Assembly (NCBI RefSeq): GCF_013004595.1
Contig: NZ_JABEMC010000001.1
Span: 1 to 64,000, forward strand
Origin: Brevibacterium luteolum
Lineage (GTDB): Bacteria > Actinomycetota > Actinomycetes > Actinomycetales > Brevibacteriaceae
Direction: 5' to 3'
DNA: 64,000 bases
Both the position numbers and the translations under genes were made by a program. Under the pieces are notes generated by a model, which was not told where the DNA came from, searched no databases, and saw nothing but the letters and a program-made list of their open reading frames with translations. How positions within the stretch are numbered: position 1 is the first letter of the stretch; every line of letters starts with the position of its first letter. Below, one piece after another: positions 21,951 through 30,408 of this stretch.

Positions 21951-22124
21951 TTACTTCTTGAACGCGTCCTTGACCTTCTCTCCGGCCTGCTTGAGGTTCG
22001 CACCGGACTGCTGAGACTTGCCTTCGGCTTCCATGCTCTTGTCGTCGGTGGCCCTGCCGATGCCGGACTTGGCCTTGCCGAGCATTTCGTCAGCCTTGTT
22101 TCCGAACTTGTCATCTGCGCTCAT
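21951..22124 (-). CDS. CsbD-family stress protein
   Basis: MSADDKFGNKADEMLGKAKSGIGRATDDKSMEAEG...KQAGEKVKDAFKK; GAGGAGG RBS. Confidence 0.92.
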   Translation of the reverse strand: MSADDKFGNKADEMLGKAKSGIGRATDDKSMEAEGKSQQSGANLKQAGEKVKDAFKK

Positions 22125-22498
22125 AGGAGCCTCCTCGGGTTGGGTATCGCCTCGGGTGGAGGCGACGCACTTCCATCTTAGTGACAAGCATCCTTCCTGG
22201 AAAGAGTGTTCTGCGGCGTTGTCGCAGATCAGTGGCGCGAGCGCGGCCCGTGCCTCAGGCCGTGCCCGAGGTGGTGCTTGGGGTGGGGCGCGCACCGTGT
22301 GTGTGCTGTGGTTGCCGTTCCCGAGGTGGGGGTGCGTTTGCGGGGGTGGGTTGTCCGTGGCTGCTGGCAGACTGAAACCAGAACCACGGCAGGCACATGT
22401 TTATGTGAGTTACATGTGAACACAGTCGAAACTGTTGTGACGGCATATCGAACACACATAGACTTGAAACCAGAACGATCGCGGTAGATCACAAGGAG

Positions 22499-24127
22499 GT
22501 GACCGCGGTGCTCGTCGAAGACCAGGTCATCACACCCCGCCGCAACGACACGGTGGCCGATACGTCGGATTTCGCTGACTGTCTCTACCGGCTGGAATCT
22601 GCCAACCGGGACATCGATGAGCGCCGTATGACTGGGCTGGGGTTCCTCTTCGATGCCTTCCTTGCCCGTACGAGCGCTGATTCGCCTGAGGATGTCTGCC
22701 TGCAGGTGGAAGCGGTGCGTGAACTGGCAGCCGATCCCCGTGCGCTGGGCCACCCGGACCGTGACGGCACGGATTACCGGAACGAAGCCCAGCAGCGCCG
22801 GGATGCGTATGCCTGGCTGATCGAACGGACAGCATCGACGTCACTGATGCACATGGCAGACGCCCTCGACACCACCGTCAAACAGGTCCGGTCACGTGTA
22901 CAGGCTGCTGCGGCAGGGCTTGTCGGGTTGCCGGCCTTCACGTCACAAGCCCGGGCCGGGGTGGTCGGCTATGACAGGTATCTTCACGGCGCGACACGTG
23001 CCACGACCCTGGAGCCTGAGCATTTGGCGGACTTCGATGCCGGGCTGGCACGGATCCGGGTATCGGATATGACCGCGTTCAAGCGCGCTGTCAGCCAACT
23101 GATTTCCACTCTTGTCACGCGTGAACAACGAACCAGGCAGGTCCGGGATCGTCGCACCGTGGAGACCTACTACGAACCCCACGGACTCGGGATCCTCATC
23201 GCTCGCGGACCATCTCATCAGATCGCTCTCTTAGAAGCCCGCCTGACCGGCATGGCACGGTCGGTGATCAAAGGACTCGGGCAGCCGCTCGGAGTACCTG
23301 AGAATCATGAGATCGTCGACCAGCGTGGGATGGGTGAGCTGATGTTCGACTTCCTCACCGGCAGCCAACCCGCAGGCACACTGACCACCAAGCCTGTCGA
23401 CGGTGACTCCACCCCAGGCCGGGTCGGTGACTCCACCCCAGGCTGGCTCGATGGATGCATTGTAGAAGCGGCGAACCCCGCAGGCATCGATATCGATGCC
23501 ACCGCTGAGAAGATCGCCGATACGCTTGCCGAAACAGGTGTGCAGTGCCCCGTCGATGGCCAGTGGCTCAAACGCCAAGCCCGCATCACCATCACCGTCC
23601 CAGCACTCACCCTCCTCGATGAGAACACCGGCGAAGACGATGACGCTCGTGTGCCGGGGATGGTCAACGGCCACCCCATCGCACCTGAGACCGCCCGGCA
23701 GCTCACCGGCACGGGCCATTCGACGCTCTACCGGATCCTGACCGACCCGACCGACGGCACCGTCCTCGATCACGCAGCTGAGACGTACACGATCCCGGAG
23801 AAGATGCGGATCGCACTCGTGGAGAAATGGCAGTACTGCACACTGCCTGGCTGTGACCGGTCAGCTGTCAAAGCAGAACTGGACCATATTGAGCCGTTCA
23901 ACCACGAAAACCCCGGACGAGGCGGACCCACCAGCATGGGGAATCTTCACCCGCTGTGCCGGGAACACCACCAGATGAAAACCGACAACAGACTCAGAGT
24001 CACCCGCCACCCAGAGACCGGGATGCTGACCTGGATGCTGCCCGGCGGCCACCAACTGACAGCCAGACCACCTTCGAATCCCATCGGGCAGGCGCACGCC
24101 GAACAGCTGCTCAACCTCACGACCTAG
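22499..24127 (+). CDS. DUF222/13E12-type protein with C-terminal HNH endonuclease
   Basis: ITITVPALTLL, RILTDP, CTLPGC...ELDHIEPF...NLHPLCREHHQMKT; AAGGAGG RBS (start 22499 or 22508). Confidence 0.88.
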   Translation: MTAVLVEDQVITPRRNDTVADTSDFADCLYRLESANRDIDERRMTGLGFLFDAFLARTSADSPEDVCLQVEAVRELAADPRALGHPDRDGTDYRNEAQQRRDAYAWLIERTASTSLMHMADALDTTVKQVRSRVQAAAAGLVGLPAFTSQARAGVVGYDRYLHGATRATTLEPEHLADFDAGLARIRVSDMTAFKRAVSQLISTLVTREQRTRQVRDRRTVETYYEPHGLGILIARGPSHQIALLEARLTGMARSVIKGLGQPLGVPENHEIVDQRGMGELMFDFLTGSQPAGTLTTKPVDGDSTPGRVGDSTPGWLDGCIVEAANPAGIDIDATAEKIADTLAETGVQCPVDGQWLKRQARITITVPALTLLDENTGEDDDARVPGMVNGHPIAPETARQLTGTGHSTLYRILTDPTDGTVLDHAAETYTIPEKMRIALVEKWQYCTLPGCDRSAVKAELDHIEPFNHENPGRGGPTSMGNLHPLCREHHQMKTDNRLRVTRHPETGMLTWMLPGGHQLTARPPSNPIGQAHAEQLLNLTT

Positions 24128-24398
24128 ACCGCACCGCCACCGACGACCTAACCGAAACAGACGACCTGCCCGAAGCGACTTCTCGTCGTTTCTCTACCAG
24201 CGCTGCCTGCAGCACCACCGCAGTGACAGAACGATGTTTGATAACCACATAGTGCCCGGGCCCTGCTTGCCAGAACCTCGGCTGCAGAAAGGTCGTTCAG
24301 AACAGTCATTCTGCGGACGCACCTGCATCGGCATCACTGTGCCCGATAGGCTTCGAGAAGGAGATACACTCCGGACAGGCGAAGGAGGCTGAGGGCGC

Positions 24399-25271
24399 AT
24401 GGATGGACCGATCGACGTCTCGCGCCTGCGCGAGTGGGTCGGCCGCAGCCAGACCCTCGACGACATCGCCACTGAAGCGAAGTCGCGCACCCTGGCCGCT
24501 GCACTCGACTACGACGCAGACCCCTGGGGTGGCCAGCTCTTCCCGCTTGCGCACTGGGCCCACTTCAACCCAACCGAACCGCAGCACGCCCTCGACATCG
24601 GCGGGCACCCGCACCTCGGCGGCTTCCTGCCACCGGTGCCCCTGCCGCGACGCATGTGGGCCGGATCAGAACTGACCTTCCACCGGCCGATCGCCGTCGG
24701 CCAGGAGCTGCAGGACGTCCAGACCGTCACCGACGTCAGCGTCCGCACCGGCCGAACAGGTCAGCTCGTCTTCGTCACGGTCACCCATGAGATCTCGGCA
24801 GACGGCAGCCACGCCATCACCGACCGGCACACCATCGTCTACCGCGAAGCCGCCGCACCGCAGCAGTCCACAGCACAAACGCCAGCCGAACGCGCGGCAC
24901 GAAAGCCAGCCGACACCTCGGCGTGGGACTACGGCAGGATCACCCGGCCTGACGAGACGCTGCTCTTCCGGTACTCCGCGCTGACCTTCAACGCCCACCG
25001 CATCCACTACGATCGCGACTTCTGCATCAACGAAGAGGGCTACCCCGGCCTTGTCGTCCATGGTCCGCTGCTCGCCACGCTCATGCTCGACGCTTTCCTG
25101 CGCCACCGCCCAGGTGAGCAGATCGACTCCTTCTCCTTCACCGCCCGCCGACCTCTCTTCGACGCGACCCCCGTCGCTGCCGTGGGCCGCCAGATCACCG
25201 CCTCGGCCACGGAAGTCGCCATCCTCGACCCCGCAGGACACGCCTGTCTGACCGGAACCATCGACCACTGA
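24399..25271 (+). CDS. Double hot-dog MaoC-like acyl-CoA hydratase
   Basis: GHP..GGFLPP..LPRRMWAG and LFRYSALTFNAHRIHYD...YPGLVVHGPL. Confidence 0.88.
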   Translation: MDGPIDVSRLREWVGRSQTLDDIATEAKSRTLAAALDYDADPWGGQLFPLAHWAHFNPTEPQHALDIGGHPHLGGFLPPVPLPRRMWAGSELTFHRPIAVGQELQDVQTVTDVSVRTGRTGQLVFVTVTHEISADGSHAITDRHTIVYREAAAPQQSTAQTPAERAARKPADTSAWDYGRITRPDETLLFRYSALTFNAHRIHYDRDFCINEEGYPGLVVHGPLLATLMLDAFLRHRPGEQIDSFSFTARRPLFDATPVAAVGRQITASATEVAILDPAGHACLTGTIDH

Positions 25272-25314
25272 ATCACCGGCGGGCACCGTCGCCCGCTGCC
25301 GAAAGGAGCCCCAC

Positions 25315-26748
25315 ATGTCTGAGCTGACCTGGCTGTCCACCCGCGAACTCGCCGCCGAGATCGCCGCCGGACGGATCTCCGCCCGCGAGGCCCTTGCCGA
25401 CCACCTCGCCCGGATCGACGAAGTCAACCCCGCCATCAACGCCATCGTCACCCTCGACACCGAGGCCGCCGAAGCCTCCGCAGCAGCAGCCGACGACGCA
25501 CACGCCCGCGGGGAGAGCCTCGGCCTGCTCCACGGGGTGCCGATGACGCACAAGGACACCCACGACACCGCCGGCATGCGCTCGACGCACGGCAGCCCGC
25601 TGTGGGCCGACCGCGTGCCGGCAGCCGACTCCGTCATCATCGCCCGGCTCAAAGCCGCCGGCGTTATCACCACCGGCAAGTCCAACGTCCCGGAGTTCGC
25701 TGCCGGCTCTCACACCTTCAACCCGGTATTCGGCACCACCGTCAATCCCTACGACACGACGAAATCCGCTTCCGGCTCCTCCGGTGGCGTCGGTGCGGCA
25801 CTGGCCGCCGGCATACAGGCCTCCGGCGACGGCTCCGACATGGGCGGATCCCTGCGCACGCCGGGATCCTTCAACAACGTCGTCGGCTTCCGACCCTCCC
25901 ACGGCCGGATTCCCAAGCTCGCCCCGGACAACCCACACGCCTGGCTCAGCCAGTCCGGTTTCATGGCCCGCACCGTCAGCGACATCGCCCTGCTTATGCA
26001 GGCCGGCTGCGGGCCGGCCACCGGAGCCCCCTGGGAGATCGGCGAACCCGGCTCGGTCTTCGACCTGCCCGAATTCCGCCTCGGTACCGTCTACCAGCCG
26101 GAGCTCTCCGGCATCCGCGTGGGCTTCAGCCCCGACTTCGGCGGCCAGATCCCAGTCGAAGCAGAGGTGGCAGAGATCGTCGCAGCCGCCGCCGACGTGT
26201 TCGCCGGCCTGGGTGCCGAGGTCACCGAGGACGTGCCGAACCTCGAGGACGCCGACGAGGTGTTCCGCACCCAGCGGGCCTACGACTTCGCGATGGTGTT
26301 CGAGGAGATGGTCGAAGCCGGCGGCCGGGCGCAGATGAAGAAGTCCCTGGTCGACAACATCGACGCCGGGCTCGCGCTCACCGCCGCTGATGTGCGCTCC
26401 AAGGATGCCGCCCGCGTGCGGCTCGGCGCCGAGCTGTGGAAGTACTTCGAGACCTGCGACGTGTTCGTCACCACGACCTCACAGGTCCTGCCCTTCGACG
26501 CGGAACTCGAGTATCCGACGGAGATCAACGGCGAGCCGATGGCCGACTACCTGTCATGGATGCGTGCGGCCACGCTCATCTCGGCCACCGGGTGCCCGGC
26601 AGTCTCCGTGCCAGCCGGGTTCTCGGAGTCAGGCCTGCCGGTGGGCATCCAGATCGTGGCGGCCCCTGGCCGTGACGTCGAGCTCATGCGCATCGCCCAC
26701 GCTTTCGAAGCCGTCACTGAACACCATCTGCGCCACCCGCAGCTCTGA
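25315..26748 (+). CDS. Amidase (amidase signature family)
   Basis: GVPMTHKD, SGSSGG and GSDMGGSLR catalytic motifs. Confidence 0.93.
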   Translation: MSELTWLSTRELAAEIAAGRISAREALADHLARIDEVNPAINAIVTLDTEAAEASAAAADDAHARGESLGLLHGVPMTHKDTHDTAGMRSTHGSPLWADRVPAADSVIIARLKAAGVITTGKSNVPEFAAGSHTFNPVFGTTVNPYDTTKSASGSSGGVGAALAAGIQASGDGSDMGGSLRTPGSFNNVVGFRPSHGRIPKLAPDNPHAWLSQSGFMARTVSDIALLMQAGCGPATGAPWEIGEPGSVFDLPEFRLGTVYQPELSGIRVGFSPDFGGQIPVEAEVAEIVAAAADVFAGLGAEVTEDVPNLEDADEVFRTQRAYDFAMVFEEMVEAGGRAQMKKSLVDNIDAGLALTAADVRSKDAARVRLGAELWKYFETCDVFVTTTSQVLPFDAELEYPTEINGEPMADYLSWMRAATLISATGCPAVSVPAGFSESGLPVGIQIVAAPGRDVELMRIAHAFEAVTEHHLRHPQL

Positions 26749-26753
26749 ACCGC

Positions 26754-27449
26754 TCAGCTGAAGTCGATGAGCCCGAGAATCACCTGAACAATCGGCTCGG
26801 GATCGACCGCCAGCGGTTCGTCATCAGGTACGACCTCATCGCCGGTGCATCCGCGGAAGCGCTCGGCGACGGCCTTGTTGCCGGCCGCCAGCGAGACCGC
26901 TGCGAGGATGTCGACGAATTGCGTCAGCGGCAGCGTCAGTCGACCGCCGGCGCGCTCGATCGCCACACCGATGACCGTGCTCATGTTCTCGAAGTGAGCG
27001 GCGATGAGTTCGTCATAGCGGTAGCGCAGCTCCGGGTTGCGCAGGGTGTAGAGCTCGATCTCGCGCCCAGCGAGGATCCATGCCGAAGTATTGTCGTGAA
27101 GCGCATGGAACTGCGTGACGATCGCGCGGATGAGGTCTTCCTGCTCGTCAAGTGACTTCGCCGCCGTGTGCTGCAGATCCGCGTCCCGGTTCTCCACCAG
27201 CTCGGTGACGCTGCGCTGCGCGGTGTCGATCTCACGCTCCATGATCGCGAGCACGATCTCATCCCGGGAGGCGAAGTTCGAATAGAAGGCGCCGCGGGTG
27301 AAACCGCTCGCCTCGCAGATCTCCTCGATTGACGACGCCGCGACCCCGCGTGCGGCGAAGACCCGGCGGGCCCCATCGATGAGTGCCTCCCGGGTCTGTT
27401 TCCGGCGCCTGCTGACTGCCTCGCTCACAGGTTGAACTCCTTCTCTCAC
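26754..27449 (-). CDS. TetR-family regulator (start uncertain)
   Basis: SIEEICEASGFTRGAFYSNF HTH. Confidence 0.92.
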   Translation of the reverse strand: MREGVQPVSEAVSRRRKQTREALIDGARRVFAARGVAASSIEEICEASGFTRGAFYSNFASRDEIVLAIMEREIDTAQRSVTELVENRDADLQHTAAKSLDEQEDLIRAIVTQFHALHDNTSAWILAGREIELYTLRNPELRYRYDELIAAHFENMSTVIGVAIERAGGRLTLPLTQFVDILAAVSLAAGNKAVAERFRGCTGDEVVPDDEPLAVDPEPIVQVILGLIDFS

Positions 27450-27495
27450 GCGCCACGGGTCTGCCGACTTGTACGAGCGCAGACTATACCACTAC

Positions 27496-27528
27496 GATAC
27501 ACTTCCGTATCCGATACACTTGTGTATC
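27496..27528. promoter_or_regulatory. Tandem palindromic TetR operators
   Basis: GATACACTTCCGTATC followed by GATACAC-TT-GTGTATC, between the divergent tetR and mmpL genes. Confidence 0.75.
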
Positions 27529-27621
27529 CTAGACAGGTCGCGGTGCGCACGGCGTAGCATGGGCGCAGGGCCACCGATTGACTCTCTGATCCGCTCATCT
27601 TTCATCTGTGAAGGGTTGCCT

Positions 27622-30408
27622 GTGTCGTCCTTTCTCTACGAGCTCGGCCGCACCGCGTTCCGCCGCCGCAAGACAGTGGTCGCCGTCTGGCTGGCGATCC
27701 TTGCCGTCCTCGGTGGTTTCGTCGCCGCATTCGGCGACTCCTTCAATGACGAGTTCCGTCTGCCCGGCAGTGAATCGCAGGACGCTCTCGATGCGCTTGA
27801 ACTGACCTTCCCCGAGGTGGCTGGCGGCTCGGCGACGATGCTCGTCGTCAGCGCAGACGGCCAGCCGGTGGATGCCGATCCGTATCGGGCTCAGATCGAG
27901 GACGCGGTCGAGAAGATCGACGACCTGCCCCACGTCGACGGCGCGACCTCCCCCTTCGACGAGATGATCGACGGCGTCATCAACGACGATGGCGACGCCG
28001 CTATCGTCAACGTCCAGTACGACCAGGCCTCGGACCTGCTGCCGGACTCGGCGAAGGACGATCTGCAGGCGGTCGCAGACGAGCTCCAGGCCGAGCTGCC
28101 CGATGGCAGCATCGTCAGCCCCGGTGGTGACCTCTACACGGTCACGAGCGTGCACATCTCGATCATCGAGGCGATCGGCGTCGTCATCGCCTTCATCGTC
28201 CTCATCTTCACCCTCGGCACGGCATGGGCGGCCGGTATGCCGCTTGTCACCGCGATCATCGGCGTGGGCATCGGTATGCTGCTCATCCTCGGCAGCACTG
28301 CGTTCGCCACCGTCAACTCGACGACCCCGATGCTCGCCCTCATGCTCGGCCTGGCCGTCGGCATCGACTACGCACTGTTCATCGTCTCCCGTGCCCGGCA
28401 GACGATGTTCGACGGCTATGACCCGGAGGAATCCGCCGCCCGCGCCGTCGCGACCGCCGGCTCGGCCGTCGTCTTCGCCGGCGTCACCGTCATCATCGCG
28501 CTCATCGGCCTGTCGGTGGCCGGCATTCCGTTCCTCACGGTCATGGGCATCGCCGCCGCCGCCACCGTCGCGATCGCCGTGGCAGTCGCGCTCACCATGA
28601 CGCCGGCACTGCTCGGATTCCTCGGTTACCGGCTCGTGCCCAAGAAGCACCGGCCCGGCGGCAGCCGCCACGCGTCCACCGCCTCGGGCGCGGAAGGCGA
28701 GGAGACCGAGAGCCGTCCGCGCAAGCCAGGGTTCGTCACCCGTTTCTACGACGCCTGGGTGGCGGCAGCGACGAAGGTACCGCTGCTGACCGTCATCATC
28801 GTCATCGCCGGTCTGGGCGCACTCGCCCTGCCGGCCAAGAACCTGCAGCTCGCCCTGCCCGACAACGGCGGAGCCGAAGAGGGCACCGCCCCGCGCATCT
28901 CGTACGACCTCATCTCCGAGCACTTCGGCGAGGGCTTCAACTCCCCGCTGGTCGTCACAGCGAACATCATCAGTTCGACCGACCCGCTCGGCGACGTGGA
29001 CGACATGAAGGCCGACATCGAGAAGATCGACGGGGTGCACAAGGTCATCATGGCCGTGCCCAACCCCTCCGCCGACACCGGCCTCATTCAGATCATCCCC
29101 GAATACGGGCCCAGCGATGAGCGCACGACCGAAGTCGTGAAGAAGCTGCGCGACCTCAAGCCGCACTTCCAGGACGAATACGGTTTCGACACCTCGGTCA
29201 CCGGCTCGAACGCCGTCGCCATCGACGTCTCCGACCAGCTCGGCGGGGCGCTGCTGCCCTTCGGCATCTTCGTCGTCGGACTCTCCCTCATCCTGCTCAT
29301 GATGGTGTTCCGATCCATCGCCGTGCCCATCAAAGCGACTCTGGGCTTCCTGCTCTCGGTCGGGGCGGCGTTCGGACTCGTCACCCTCGTGTTCGTACAG
29401 GGCCACGGAGCCGACATCTTCGGAGTCGAGAAGGTCGGCCCGGTCATCAGCTTCCTGCCGATCATCCTCATGGGCATCCTCTTCGGCCTGGCCATGGACT
29501 ACGAGGTGTTCCTCGTCTCCGGCATGCGCGAGGCCTTCGCCCACGGCGCCTCGGCGAAGGACGCGATCCACCGCGGATTCCAGTCCTCAGCCCGCGTCGT
29601 CGTCGCAGCAGCGATCATCATGTTCGCCGTCTTCGCAGCCTTCGTCCCTGCCGGTGACGCGATCATCAAATCGATCGCCTTCGGCTTGGCCGTCGGCATC
29701 TTCATCGACGCGTTCGTCGTGCGCATGACCTTCGTGCCGGCTGTCATGGCGCTGCTGGGCGACAAGGCCTGGTGGCTGCCGCGCTGGCTGGAGCGGGCGC
29801 TGCCGCACTTCGACGTCGAAGGCGAAGGGCTGTACCACCAGGTGCAGTACAAGGACTGGCCCGGCGACGGCAAGGACTACGCCGTCTACGGCGAAGGCCT
29901 GGGACTTGACGGATCCGGCCAGCCGGTCTTCGACAAGGTCGACCTGGCCGTGCAGCCCGGCGAGGTTCTCGCCGTGTCCGGACAGGGTGCCACCGCGCTG
30001 CTGCTGACGATCGCAGGACGTGCAACCCCCGACCGCGGCGAACTCAAGGTGCTGAACCGGGTGCTGCCCGAAGAAGCGCCGAAGGTGCGCAGCGCTATCC
30101 CGTACATGGTGCTCAACTCGGCTGAAGACGCCCTCATCACGAGTCCCGGCTACCTGCGCCGCACACGGAAGCAGATGCCGGACATCGTCCTCATCGACCG
30201 GGCCGACCAGGCCCGCGACCGCGACACCGCAGAGGCGGCCCAGGAGCTCATCTCCGCCGCCATCGCCGCCGGGTCGAGCGTGCTGCTCGGTCTCGGCAAC
30301 CGGGACGCAGACTGGATGCTCCCGCCACAGACCCATTACCGACTGCTAGATCTCGATACCCACAATCGGGGGAAGGACACGGCTCATGACCTGGTTCGAA
30401 CGAGCTGA
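27622..30408 (+). CDS. MMPL/RND-family transporter with C-terminal degenerate ABC-ATPase-like domain
   Basis: GLAVGIDYALF and FGLAMDYEVFLVS motifs, two TM bundles, C-terminal VDLAVQPGEVLAVSG segment. Confidence 0.92.
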   Translation: MSSFLYELGRTAFRRRKTVVAVWLAILAVLGGFVAAFGDSFNDEFRLPGSESQDALDALELTFPEVAGGSATMLVVSADGQPVDADPYRAQIEDAVEKIDDLPHVDGATSPFDEMIDGVINDDGDAAIVNVQYDQASDLLPDSAKDDLQAVADELQAELPDGSIVSPGGDLYTVTSVHISIIEAIGVVIAFIVLIFTLGTAWAAGMPLVTAIIGVGIGMLLILGSTAFATVNSTTPMLALMLGLAVGIDYALFIVSRARQTMFDGYDPEESAARAVATAGSAVVFAGVTVIIALIGLSVAGIPFLTVMGIAAAATVAIAVAVALTMTPALLGFLGYRLVPKKHRPGGSRHASTASGAEGEETESRPRKPGFVTRFYDAWVAAATKVPLLTVIIVIAGLGALALPAKNLQLALPDNGGAEEGTAPRISYDLISEHFGEGFNSPLVVTANIISSTDPLGDVDDMKADIEKIDGVHKVIMAVPNPSADTGLIQIIPEYGPSDERTTEVVKKLRDLKPHFQDEYGFDTSVTGSNAVAIDVSDQLGGALLPFGIFVVGLSLILLMMVFRSIAVPIKATLGFLLSVGAAFGLVTLVFVQGHGADIFGVEKVGPVISFLPIILMGILFGLAMDYEVFLVSGMREAFAHGASAKDAIHRGFQSSARVVVAAAIIMFAVFAAFVPAGDAIIKSIAFGLAVGIFIDAFVVRMTFVPAVMALLGDKAWWLPRWLERALPHFDVEGEGLYHQVQYKDWPGDGKDYAVYGEGLGLDGSGQPVFDKVDLAVQPGEVLAVSGQGATALLLTIAGRATPDRGELKVLNRVLPEEAPKVRSAIPYMVLNSAEDALITSPGYLRRTRKQMPDIVLIDRADQARDRDTAEAAQELISAAIAAGSSVLLGLGNRDADWMLPPQTHYRLLDLDTHNRGKDTAHDLVRTS

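Noticed and set aside
22448..22463. LexA box upstream of the DUF222-HNH gene
   Set aside because: Only the TCGAAC half-site is present; the other half does not match GTTCGA.
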